A stretch of DNA of 64,000 nucleotides from Zootoca vivipara (lineage: Eukaryota), in contig NC_083279.1 of NCBI RefSeq assembly GCF_963506605.1, positions 100,812,001 to 100,876,000 of the forward strand. The letters are read 5' to 3'. Positions within the stretch are counted from its first letter, which is position 1; the number at the start of each line of letters is the position of its first letter. The notes below the pieces were generated by a model. It was not told the DNA's origin, did no database searches, and saw only the letters and a list, made by a program, of their open reading frames with translations. Positions 1 through 12,671 of this stretch are shown here, one piece after another. Both the position numbers and the translations under genes were made by a program.

Positions 1-93
1 CTGCTCATGTCATCTTAAATGTCAGCTTCAGAGTTGTTAGGAAAGATAAGTAGCTTCTGTCAGGTTTTTTGTTTTTGTTTTTGCTCCTGTCAG

Positions 94-198
94 TCTTGGG
101 TTGACCAAAGAGACGCCTGACATTGGAGATGGAGGGGAGGCCATGACTGGGCCAAACAAAATCCATCCCAGAGAAGAGCCAGGCTTATTGAATCTCAG
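94..198 (+). other. 105-nt exon-like cassette of ZNF-A (paralog of 55151-55255)
   Basis: Polypyrimidine tract + CAG at 91-93 and GT donor at 199. Same length and similar sequence as 55151-55255, which lies between the KRAB-A and finger exons of ZNF-B. Confidence 0.55.
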
Positions 199-306
199 GT
201 AGTAGTAGCAGTGATAATAATAGTAATAATAATAATATTTTTTTATTTATACCCTGGCCACCTGGCTGGGTTGCCCCAGGCAATCTGGGAAGATTCCAAC
301 ACATAT

Positions 307-494
307 ACAGTGGTACCTCTGGTTGCGAGCGGGATCCGTTCCAGAGGTCCGGCTAAATCCTGAGGTTTTCTCAACCCGGTTTCTGCGCATGCACACGGCG
401 AAACCTGGTCCAATATGCAGCGAAACTTGGTCCGATACTTCTGGATTTGCCGCTTTCATAAGATGAAGTTTACATAACCCAAGGTGTTACTGTA
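307..494. mobile_element. Tc1/mariner (Tigger-like) MITE
   Basis: TA-CAGTGGTACCT ... degenerate AGGTGTTACTG-TA termini. Confidence 0.7.
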
Positions 495-710
495 TAAACA
501 TGAAAACAGTAACAATAACAATCTAATCCAACGTAAAAAGTACAAAAAAATTAAAATGAATAACTTACATCAAACAAAGCAACATTCATTAATCCATTAG
601 AATTCAGTAATGAATACATTCATTTATTACAAATAACAAAGGTAACGAACACACAGCCAATTGCCTTCAGTTCTACCTCTACAACAAATTTAATGAGCTT
701 TATTCCATAA

Positions 711-1924
<1,214 letters not shown>

Positions 1925-3495
1925 TGAAAGTGATCCCTGGTGTCATCTAGTCCACCCCGTGTGATGCAGTTGGCCATCCAACTTCACTTGAAAACCTCAA
2001 TAGATGGAAGTTCCAGCACTTCCAAGGGAGTCCAATCCACTAAGAGCTCTTGCTGTCAAAAAGTTATTCTGCATGTTTAGTCAGAGTCTTCTTTTTTAAC
2101 TTGAAGCCATTGATTTGTGTCCTACCCTCTGGAGCAGGAAAAAATTATTTTATTTTCTTTCTCCTTTATTGTCCACCTGGTGTCCTCTTGTCCTTTGAGA
2201 ACCACAAGACGTTTCTCCTTTTGTTCGTCTTTCCTTTTTATCACAGTTTTGAACGCTCATACTTTGAAGGAGCAAGGTTTTAATTCCATGAAGTCAGCCA
2301 GCTACGGTAATCCTGTAGTAACATTCATAGCTGAGATAGGAAGACCATGTTGAGGAAAGAGTATTCCGACGGTTAATCTGAAGGGAGAAGCTGTGGGAAG
2401 ACGCTCTTCTCCTTCTGGGGTCTCCATCCAGTCAGGAGGGGGAAGATCTTCTAGGAAAAGGAGATCCCCGAGTCCGTGGCAAAGGCTGAGAGGATCTCCT
2501 GGGTCTGGCATACAAAGGAAAATACCTCAGGAGTGGGATTGCTAAGAGAGAGGGGAAGCTAGGAAAAGTGGCCCCTCGCTCACGGACCAAAGTATGAAGC
2601 CGTGAAGGAAGCTGGGCTGTGTCAAAAGTATTTCATTGAAACACCTGTCATAACTAAGGAATGGAGTTTGATTTACGTTTGCAACCGGGTGGCTGTGTAA
2701 AACAGCATATATCCCAGATGTTGTTGTTATTCAACCGCTTGAGGCAACTACAGATTCCCTTCACAGAGCAGCAGAAAGTTTACATTTTGCTGAGTTCTTT
2801 AGACCCCAGCTATGAGACCCTTTCTCTTACTTTGGAAGCCTGCAGACCAGATTGATATTGAATATGTACGGGCAGATTACAGGATGAACGGGAGGTTGAG
2901 AGAGAAAGGAAAAGCTGTGAGGGGGGGGGGTTGCCCAGTGCCCAGGAGTGGGGGTGCAGAAGAAGCTGAAAACACTGTGCATGCCTTTGCAGCAAAGCGG
3001 TGCTATGTGTGCAATTCTGATCAACACCTGGAGAGAGGTTCAAGAGCTCTAGGCTCTGTGATTTAACCCACAGCACCACCCACGTCTCTCTCCAAACTCC
3101 AGTGAGCATGTCCTTTGCTGTGTAAAAACAAAACCTCATTTTTGTTCTCTAAAAACAAGACCTCTTCCTTACACACACACACTTCCCAAGATGGCTTGCT
3201 CTATGTAGAATCAATTATTGTTGCGATGCTTGGGTCATATGAATTGAATCAGAATATCTAGCCACCTGCGTCATGCGTTTATTCAGGTGAGGCTGAATAA
3301 AACACTCTAGAAAAATCCTTCTTGACTGCGTCTGCACTGTTTCAAATATGAGTTCACTTTTCTATAAAAATGTGTCATATTTATTGCTGTGAAATGGTAC
3401 CACACTCAGCTTACGGATCTCAACCCCCCAAAAAACCTGCACCGACTTGCTGCTTTCCCCCAATTTCTTAGGTAGAAATAACTGATATTGAGAAG

Positions 3496-3653
3496 CATAG
3501 CTGTCAACTTTCCTATTTGAAAATAAGGGATCAGCAGCAGCCTCACCTGTCCTGGGGACAGTCTACGGTAAAACTAACAGTCCAGGATAGCAGCGGGAAA
3601 CAGCTCTGAAATAAGAGAATTTGCAGCAAAAAACGGGAGGTTTGGCAGCTATG
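3496..3653. mobile_element. hAT MITE
   Basis: TIRs CATAGCTG(T/C)CAA; 8-bp TSD TTGAGAAG on both sides. Confidence 0.85.
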
Positions 3654-3907
3654 TTGAGAAGGAAGAAGAGAGAGAGAGACCCCCAACCCTCAATCTTTGG
3701 GGGTGTGGTAGGCATCATTTCAGCGATGCTGCCTTGCTCCAGTTTGCCTCTGTAAGTCCCCACGTCCCTTTTCCTGTGGCCCCTGAATGGCTCTCTCCTC
3801 ATCCGTCTGTCTCTGGAGACAATGGAGGACGGCTCAAGTGGTGGGGAGATGGCGACCGGGGCAGCTGGCTGCTGTGACGGACAGGAGAGCCAGAGCAGAG
3901 TCCGGGG

Positions 3908-3938
3908 TGCAGTGCCTCACAATTCCACCAGAGGGCGG
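3908..3938 (+). promoter_or_regulatory. CTCF binding site (core plus upstream motif)
   Basis: Core CCACCAGAGGGCGG (3925-3938) fits CCASYAGRKGGCRS. TGCAGT upstream motif lies 11 nt 5' of the core. CCAAT and GC boxes follow. Confidence 0.7.
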
Positions 3939-5813
3939 GAGCCTCTCTCTGATTGGCTACCCGGAGGGGGGTGGAGCCAGCACTTTTGGAGGGAAAATAA
4001 AGGGAGCCGTTTCTGAGGGGATTTTTAGAAAGGGCTGGATTTTGAGATGGGGGAGAGGGAAGGTTGGGAGAAGAAGATGGGGATGAGGAGAAGTTTGGAG
4101 GGAGGGAGAAGGGGGTCTGATTTGAGAGGAACATCTTCTGTGATGTTGCATTCGGAACAGATTAAGTTTGTAAGTAGAGGTGCCCCTGTACCTCAGGAGT
4201 GGGATTGCTACAATGATAAAAACATAATCAAAGCATAATCAAAAGCATACTGGGATACAGCCTAATTGTGGGGTGTGAAACACAGAGCAGTCAAATACAA
4301 CATTCCTAGACTGGACATAAAAAGGGGATGTCTGGAGCAGCCAGTCGGAATTTCCTGTTGCCTCCTGGGCTGGGACAGACTTCCTCTGCATGTGACCAGA
4401 GGTGGGCGTGGCCTCTCCTGTGCAGGTAACAAAATGGCACAAAGGAGGCAGTCATCTCTCTCTCTGACTCCATTCCTTGAAGCAACATCTCCAGCCAAGA
4501 GAGGACAAAGGCATTATCCCGTTACGGACTAGAGTCCAGGTGTATATATTTTGTAACTTAAGTCTGCTTTCTGGGATCCATTTGTGAACAGAATGTGAGT
4601 AAACTATTTTATATACTTTTATACAAGACTGTCGTGTCTATTCTTTTCATGAGGGAATAAAAGGAGAATTTCCAGGAAACTTATTTTAGAGGCTTAAACA
4701 AGCCTGACAAAGACGTTATCCGCTGCTCAAGTTTAAAAAGGGGAATGTTACTCTGCTAAATTGTAGGACTTCTTAACACAAGTTGGGAAGGAAATAATTA
4801 AACAACATATCCTCTCCTGCCTCCCTGAACATTCCTGCACTAATAATGCAGCACTCCTTTTACAAATTGAGGGGAGACTCTCTGCTCACCTGTTTTAAGG
4901 CCACAAGGGGGGTGGGGTGATTCATCCAAGGGAAGGACATAGTCCAGTCTTTCTCCTGTCACCCACAGCCATAGAATAAGAGAGTTGTCCACCCAAGCTC
5001 TGCACACCCTCCAACATTTTGCAGAGGGAAATTGGGACGCGCGACTTTTGGGGCCACACTCCTGAATGAGTCACGTAACTCACGCGAGAGCAAGGACTCC
5101 ACAAAATGGGCGTCTTTTGGGGTCACACTTTCACGGGAGCCAGAAAAGGACATCCTGGGAGCCAATCGGAAGCCAGAGTGGCTTTTGTCATTCCAGGACA
5201 TCCAGCTCAAAGCAGGACAGTTGACGGGTATGTGAAGACCGCCAAAGATGGAGAGTCTACAACCCATAGTCAATATGGCTGAATTTCCACTGGCTGAGAT
5301 GCTTCTGCCTATCTCATCTGCTTAGCAAATCAAAATATTCACGGCCAACAGGTCCCACCCCTGCCTCCAGCAACTCTCTCCCATGGGAATGGCTTGGCAA
5401 GGAGGAGGCTCCTGTTGTCACTTGTCTCCCCTTTTTCTCTCTGTGGGAATTCAAGGAACAGGAAGGGGAAAGAAAACCAGCTAGAAGATTATCACAGGTT
5501 TTTTTCTTGGGGGGGGGGGGCTTGCTAAGAGTCCTGTGTGGCACCTTGAAGCCTCTCCCATTCTGACTCCAGCAGTCCTACCTGGGAGCCCCTTATCAGC
5601 CCCTCTGAGGCCCCCCATGACACCTGCTCAGCTGAGAGGAGGGGGTCACAGCACAGGGGGCAAATCAGCTGCTTTGATGGTGTTTCCTGCTTGGCAGGGG
5701 GTTGGACTGGATGGCCCTTGTGGTCTCTTCCAACTCTATGATTCTATGTTGAACAACAACAAGCCCCGAACAGAAACCTGTGGCACCCCACATGTCACTT
5801 TTCCCCAGGATGA

Positions 5814-7060
5814 TGTCAGGGGCTGGGCAGAGGAGGAATGGTGGAGACCCCCCCCCCCCGCAGCATCGATTGACAATAGGGGCTCGAGGTAGGTTGCAGC
5901 TCAGAGGCAGATGAGAGGGAAAGTTGGGAGATCATGGGAGAGCCAGTGCAACACCTGACTGACACATCATTAGAAAGCATTCCAGACCCTCCATCTCCCA
6001 GAACCCAGTGAGCCCTGAAAGTAAGAGAGCAAAGAGCTCAAAGGCAGAGGGCATGTAGCAGCACCCGTAGAAGTGACTAATGGGCAAGTGGGAGAGACGG
6101 GTGTGTGTGGAGAGATTCACCCAGGACAACGCCATTATCCAAGAGGCTGGGTTGTATAACCTCTCTCTGTAAATACTTCCCTTGTCTTTATACTTTCCTG
6201 GGCAACAGCCGGGTGTTGCTGACAGCAGCCTGACGGATTGTCCCAAGTCAACTTTAATTGCTGGCTAAGTCATAAATCATGAGAGAAGGTGCAGGAGCAG
6301 CCTGCCGGTACTGATAACCGGGGAGAATTATTTCATTGGCTATTACAACAAAATTTATTGTTAAGAGGACACGTAAAACAATTAACTAGCGCAATAAATA
6401 ATCAAAATACAGAACTCGGAAGACTGGGGGCAGAAGCTCAGAGGTGTTCAGTGAGGAACCCCCCCCCATTCCCCCACAGTTCCTTGTGTTTAAAGCAAAT
6501 GTGTAAATGTTTTCCAAGGTTAGACAAGATTATTTCTAGACAGACCTGGAATGTGTGTTTTTTGTAATTAATCTTCTGGAAGGAGTTGCCAGGCAATGGG
6601 TGATCCCCTTACTGATTAACCAGCACCCTTGTTTGTTGAGATTGGACAGTTTTATGGCTCATCTTGAGTCCATATTCCAGGAACCAAAGCGGAAATCTGC
6701 ATGTACAAAAAATTTTTTGAAGCTGAAGCAGGGGTCTAACTCAGTAATGGAGTACAGTATATAGTACAGAGTTCAGTTTGCTGTTGGAGGAGTTAGTGTG
6801 GAATCAGGAAGACTTGGTGGCGATTTACCGTGCAGGGCTGAGTGAAACCCTGGTGGATAAATAGGCATGAATGGATTCCCCCCCCCCAGTTCATTGGAGG
6901 CATTGATGCAAGGAGCCTTGAAGCTTGACCAGCGGTCACAGGAGCGGAAGCAAGAGAGGGGAGCTGTTATCAGCCTGCAGGTGAGACCGTTTGAAATTCC
7001 ACACATTCAAGAGAAGACCTGGGAGCCAAATGAGGAATGATCTGGCAGAAGAGGCTATGC
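5814..7060 (+). mobile_element. Ty3/Gypsy (sushi-like) LTR retrotransposon remnant: 5' LTR 5814-6235 plus degenerate gag
   Basis: LTR TGTCAGG...CCTGAC(G), homologous to 30054-30551. Gag peptide FFVINLLEGVARQW...LKLKQGSNSVMEY resembles Retrotrans_gag/PEG10-RTL type. Confidence 0.75.
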
Positions 7061-7404
7061 AGATAGGTTTCCAGAAAACTCCTTCCAAATGACTCCAAGG
7101 GACCTGCAATCTTGGAACTTCAAACCACTTGGGGGAAGTTGGGTGAGCATAAAAATTGGTTTGCGTCTGTTTGGAAGCACCCTTGTTTCACCCATCTCTG
7201 TCACTGGAATGCTTTCTTTAAAAAACCTTTGAAATCTAAAGACTGAAGAACAATATTTTTTAACAGTGAAACTAAAATTTCTATATATATTTTATCCTTT
7301 TAAGGATTGAACTGGATAAAAGTGTTTCGTTTTTGTGTCCTGTTGCTTCTTCAGGCTTTGCGTTTCCTTGCAAACCAATTTCTCTTCCCTTCGACACAGA
7401 ATTG

Positions 7405-8379
7405 TCATTTGATAAAGATATCAGCCCCTGGTTTTTTTAAACGGAGAGTTTTGTAAATCCTCTGCCGAATTTGCTGGGTCTTCACACTGTACACAACAGG
7501 ATTAAGAAGTGGTGGGACCGCTATGTATATGTTGGCCATCAGCATGTGGACAATGGGGGAAAGGTGCTTCCCAAATCGATGTACCACAGTGACGCCAATC
7601 ATTGGGACGTAGAAGATCAAGATGGCACAAATGTGGGAGACGCAGGTGTTGAGAGCCTTGAGGCGCTCTTGGTGGGACGCAATGCTCAAAACAGTCTTCA
7701 GGATCAGGATATAGGATATGAGAATGATCACAACATCCAACCCCAAAGTAAACATGACCATTACCAAACCATACAAAATGTTGACTTTTGTGCCAGAACA
7801 GGCTAACTTCATTGTGTCTGGGTGGAGGCAGTATGAATGAGAAAGCACATTAGATCGGCAGAAAGGGAGCCGTTTAATAAGAAATGGACAAGGGAAGCAG
7901 ACACAGAAACCTCTGCAGAAGATAGCTATACCTATTTTTGCAGTGACTGTATTTGGAAGAAGTGATTTGTATCTCAGTGGATCACGGATGGCAATGAACC
8001 GGTCATAAGCCATTGCCACAAGAATGCCAGAGTCCATCTCTTGAAATACGTGGATAAAGAACAGCTGGCTGATGCAGCCATTGAGTGGGATTTCTCTCGA
8101 GTCAAACCAATAGACCCCCAGCATGGTTGGCATGGTGGAGATGCAGAGGCCCAGATCCGAGCAGGCAAGCATGCAAAGGAAGAAGTACATGGGCTCATGG
8201 AGGCTTTGGTCAATCTTGATGACGTAGAGGATTGTGATGTTCCCAAGCAGAGTCAGGGCGTAGAGCACAAACAGTGGGAAGGCCATCCAAGAGTTCTTCT
8301 CCTGCATCCCAGGGATGCCAATCAGGACAAAGGTTTGGTGGCTCACAAGGCTGTCGTTATACCCAGGGATGGATGACAT
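7405..8379 (-). CDS. Olfactory receptor, class I, OR51-like (OR-1), intact 324 aa
   Basis: LHEPMY, MAYDRFIAIRDPLRY, SHSYCLH, KALNTCVSH, PPLLNPVVYSVKT motifs; N-terminal NDS glycosylation site. Confidence 0.95.
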   Translation of the reverse strand: MSSIPGYNDSLVSHQTFVLIGIPGMQEKNSWMAFPLFVLYALTLLGNITILYVIKIDQSLHEPMYFFLCMLACSDLGLCISTMPTMLGVYWFDSREIPLNGCISQLFFIHVFQEMDSGILVAMAYDRFIAIRDPLRYKSLLPNTVTAKIGIAIFCRGFCVCFPCPFLIKRLPFCRSNVLSHSYCLHPDTMKLACSGTKVNILYGLVMVMFTLGLDVVIILISYILILKTVLSIASHQERLKALNTCVSHICAILIFYVPMIGVTVVHRFGKHLSPIVHMLMANIYIAVPPLLNPVVYSVKTQQIRQRIYKTLRLKKPGADIFIK

Positions 8380-9293
8380 GGCACGCCAAGAGCTTTTGGT
8401 GGAGTGAATCTAAGACGTCATAAAATTCTTATTCTGACATGATTTGACAGATTCTGTAAAGTGTTTAAAAATATCGTAGTTTAGTCCAACAGGAATAGTT
8501 GCCTTAGAGCCTCTATTCAAAGAAGGAAGAGCAGTCTTGAATGCTACCTCAGCTCACCTTCTACCCTGGCTGGAGAGCACCCCAACCCCATCATCAAAAT
8601 CAGTCCCCAGTTGTCTCCCAACTTTAACAAGTGGAGTGGAGGTCACAAGAGTGTGGCTTTCAACTTCTCATCTGAAAAATTGAAATAACAATCACAGTGC
8701 AATATATAAATTAGAAATGGTAGATCTAAATCACTAGCTGTAGTAGTATTATTGGGGGAAGACAGGACTACTTTCACCCCATGTCCTCCTCTTCTGAGAA
8801 GACACCTTGAAACTGAAGTCCTTCATTTTGCAGCCCTATCTAGTTGATGAGAGAATTGTGATCATAGAATCATAGAAATGTAGAGTGGAAAGGACCATAG
8901 AGGACATTTTCTCCCTACTCCAAACAGATGTTGCAGCAAAAACTGCAGCCCACCACAATTTTCCATTCTTCCTCACTGAGAGGTCCTGCAGTCCTTCTGC
9001 TCTGTGGTCCCTATCCTCCTCCCTCCTCCTGGAAAGCAGACCCCACCCCACCCCCCACCACAAGATAGGGCAGAGCAGTATAACCTCCAGATTATTGACT
9101 CCTGGTCCAGGCAACCAGGCGTTTTCTTGACCAGCCCCAACCCTCCCCCCCCCCAATATGAAGTTCCAAATTAAACCCCATTTCTTTCTGGCTCCCAGTA
9201 TTAACGGCAGCATATTTACATAACTGAGGAAACTCCCTCTGAAGTCAATCGGAGGAAAACTCATCTGCTTGATAGCTCCTGCCGCCCTTTGCA

Positions 9294-9600
9294 CTTACCT
9301 GACTTCATGGCACAGCCTGTGATGCTAACATGCTTCCTCCCAGGCTATACGCTGATCCTGCCTGTGCTGCTGCAAGAGGGATTCTGCCTGTGATATTTAT
9401 GCTGTGTAAAGAGTTATTGAAAAGCTCTTTTCCCTCAGGGAGACAAGTTGCCCTCAAACCGGGAGACGATTGCAGAATCCTGTGGGAGGAGACCTCGCAA
9501 ATCCCAATGGCAAGTATTAGGTCATCTCTGTGGCTCCTGCACAAGGACTCTGAGTTCTTGTCTCAGAGGCGTTCCAGGGATCACTCTGTGGTCCTCTCCT
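9294..9600 (-). promoter_or_regulatory. OR-1 promoter and non-coding exon 1 (module copy A)
   Basis: Minus-strand donor CAG|GTAAG at 9294-9301, TATA-like CATAAATA 9394-9401, O/E(EBF)-like TCCCTCAGGGA 9431-9441. Homologous to 17.6, 35.1 and 35.5 kb copies. Confidence 0.65.
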
Positions 9601-10274
9601 TGGTATAACCAGAGAAATGGGAGATGTACAGAATATCTTAACAGGGAGGTCTCATCCTCCCTGCAAAAGTGAGGACCTTTAAAACATGGGTCTGAGTAGA
9701 ATAATTGGGTCCTTGTCATGAAGGTCCTAAAGAGGTTCGGTTAGCAGGCCGTTTTGACCAGGGAAGTCCACATAGCACTGGTGTTGTATGAGCTCCACAT
9801 GCTGCAGGACTTACCATGCATGCAGCAGAATTATTCTGCTACTTCCAGACTTTCCTGGAGTACATTGCAATAAGCTAATTGGGAGATAACTACAAGACTA
9901 GGGTGATGACTTTTTCATTTTTTTCTCTCAAAAATTATTTCCTGTAGCACAAATGGATGAACGTTTGCCTATTAATGACTAAAATGAGCTATATTCCATT
10001 GAAATATTTAAAAAAAGGTTACACACAAACCGTTTTTAATTTTTTTGTATGCCATTTTACCATTTCATAAAATTGTATTAACAATTCTATATATATTTCG
10101 TATCAAATTTGGACACAACACCACATTCCACAATGGGGAGTGTTCTTAGCAACATAGGGTATACAAATGTCACACCTGCGCAAGGTAAAAGCCCCTTTTT
10201 GGGACCTCAAAACTCAGCCAGCAGACCCTGCCGGGCATGCTGGGAAAAGAACCTACAGGAGAGGTAGCAAAACA

Positions 10275-10307
10275 TCGTCCTCTAGTGGTGTCTATACTGT
10301 TACTGCA
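10275..10307 (-). promoter_or_regulatory. CTCF-like site (reverse orientation)
   Basis: Minus-strand CCACTAGAGGACGA, with TGCAGT 13 nt upstream (slightly longer than the usual spacing). Confidence 0.45.
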
Positions 10308-11375
10308 GCTAAAAAAAGCTTCCTTGTGTGTTTGATGACCCTATATAATGTTGCATAATATATGTGACTCTAAAGCTTGGGTTCAGTTTTATATCTGCTT
10401 ACAGTGACTTCAAAAATGGTAAAAAAAACTGATAAATAAAATTTTAAAAATCATTTTGTGTGTGAGGTTTTTTTAAATCAAATCTCTTTGAAAGTAAGAT
10501 TTTATCTAATCTTTAATGATAGCTCATCAAATTATGATACAGGGAAATGAGGTTGTAAAAACGTCATCACCCTACTACAGACCTTTCTTCTGAAGTTAAG
10601 CCCTGCATCTGGAAGTGGAACCATTTGATGACAGGTTTTCAGAATAAAATCAGTTGGCTTATCATTGCCACACAATGAACCCAGTAAAAATAGATTGGAA
10701 GATGGAGTTAACCCACTGGAACCATTTCTTTAAAAACCTTTGAAATGAAAAGACTATAAAGAGAAATATTTTAATGGTGAAACTAAAATTTCTATATACT
10801 TTAAGTTTCTCGGGTTACAAAAAGTACATATATCTACTTTCAAATCGGAAAGTCCTTTTCACTGATCAGTTATATTCAATGTGAGACTTTAATGCTGTAT
10901 ACCGTATAAGGTTGGGAGAGAAGAGAGGTGGGTTGTAAATTCTTTGTAGTGTGAGAGTGCAGAAATGTCTAGGAAAATGTTTAACAAGGCCAGTTCTGGG
11001 GTGGAATTTAATACCTATTTAGTTATTTTGCATATTTCTTGTAGGACTGATGTCCGAAAGGGTTGAATTATGGGGCGATCCCATCACATGTGGAGATATG
11101 TGCATTTTGAGGTGCAGCCTCTCCAGCACTTTGGTGAGGTTCCTGTGTTTATCAGCACCAACTTACAGTGGTGTTAAGTACCATCTATAGACAAGTTTCA
11201 AAGTGAGTTCCCTCCTTTCGACTGAGATGGATTTAAAGGGAGGTTTAAAGATTGAATCTGGTAATAGTATTTCATTTGGTGCCCTGTTGCTTCTTCATTT
11301 TACTGTAATTTAAACTTTGCTGGAAGCCACCCAGATTGGCTGGGGAGACCCAGCTGGATGAGCGGGGTACAAATA

Positions 11376-11427
<52 letters not shown>

Positions 11428-11510
11428 ACTTTGAGTTCCCTTATGAACCACTTTCTCTTCCCTTTAGCACAGAATTGTCATTTGGAAAATATACCAGCCC
11501 CTGGTTTTCT

Positions 11511-12624
11511 CCCCCCCCCCAATTTCCCCCCCTCAAATATGAACATAAATATAAACTTATCACATACAGAATAACATATACAGACCTTCACCTAATACAT
11601 TTCCAATCCCAGCTACCCCCATACACTCTAATGGTTCTGCCGAACCCAACTTCCCCTTCTCTTCACATTTGGTTTTATAACTTCTATTCTTAAATCATAT
11701 GCTTTCTTTTTCTTCTATTTCCTTAACTTTCTCTTTCTATCCACATCTCAAATATCACTTTATATTTACTGATGTAGTTATTATGTCAAACCTGTTAGTG
11801 TCTTTATTGATTTGCAATGCATTTCCAGATATTCCACAAATTTACTCCACTCTTTTTGAGGTTTCTGATCTTTTTGCTCCCTTATTTTCCCAGTCATCTT
11901 GGCCAATTCTATATATTCAACCATTATCACCCTCCACTCCTCCACTGTTGGGATCTCTGTTGTTTTCCATCTTTGTGCCAGTATCATTCTGGCCGCTGTG
12001 GTGGCATACATAAATATTTTCTGATAATCTGATATTCAGACTGTCTAGCCAGAGTGGTGCATGCTCTAGTTATCTCCCGCTTGGACTACTGCAATGCGCT
12101 CTATGTGGGGCTACCTTTGAAGGTGACTCGGAAACTGCAATTAATCCAGAATGCGGCAGCTAGACTGGTGCCTGGGAGCAGCCGCCGAGACCACATAACA
12201 CCGGTCTTGAAAGATCTACATTGGCTCCCAGTACGTTTCCTAGCACAATTCAAAGTGTTGGTGCTGACCTTTAAAGCCCTAAATGGCCTCGGTCCAGTAT
12301 ACCTGAAGGAGCGTCTCCACCTCCATCATTCTGCCCGGACACTGAGGTCCAGCACCGAGGGCCTTCTGGCGGTTCCCTCGTTGCAAGAAGCCAAGTTGCA
12401 GGGAACTAGGCAGAGGGCCTTCTCGGTGGTGGCGCCTGCCCTGTGGAACGCCCTCCCAACAGATGTCAAAAAGGAAAACAACTACCAGACTTTTAGGAGA
12501 CATCTGAATGCAGCCCTGTTCAGGGAGGCTTTTAATGTTTAATAGATTATTGTGTTTTATTTTTCTGTTGGAAGCCGCCCAGAGTGGCTGGGGAGACCCG
12601 GCCAGATGGGCGGGGTATAAATAA

Positions 12625-12671
<47 letters not shown>

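Larger units (their letters stand above)
2348..4831 (+). mobile_element. Degenerate LTR retroelement region: split LTR (2348-2545, 4189-4831) with Ty1/copia-like gag remnant (~2660-3040)
   Basis: TGTTGAGG...CCTGAACA termini. UBN2-type gag peptide (VKQHISQM..QKVYILLSSLDPSYETL) and partial zinc knuckle CYVCNSDQH. Confidence 0.55.

Noticed and set aside
6555-6960. Possible domesticated sushi-gag gene (PEG10/RTL-like)
   Set aside because: Multiple frameshifts and stops, and still attached to an LTR; a decayed retrotransposon.
11047-11060. CTGATG...GAAA hammerhead-like words
   Set aside because: Lacks the CUGANGA core and stem II.
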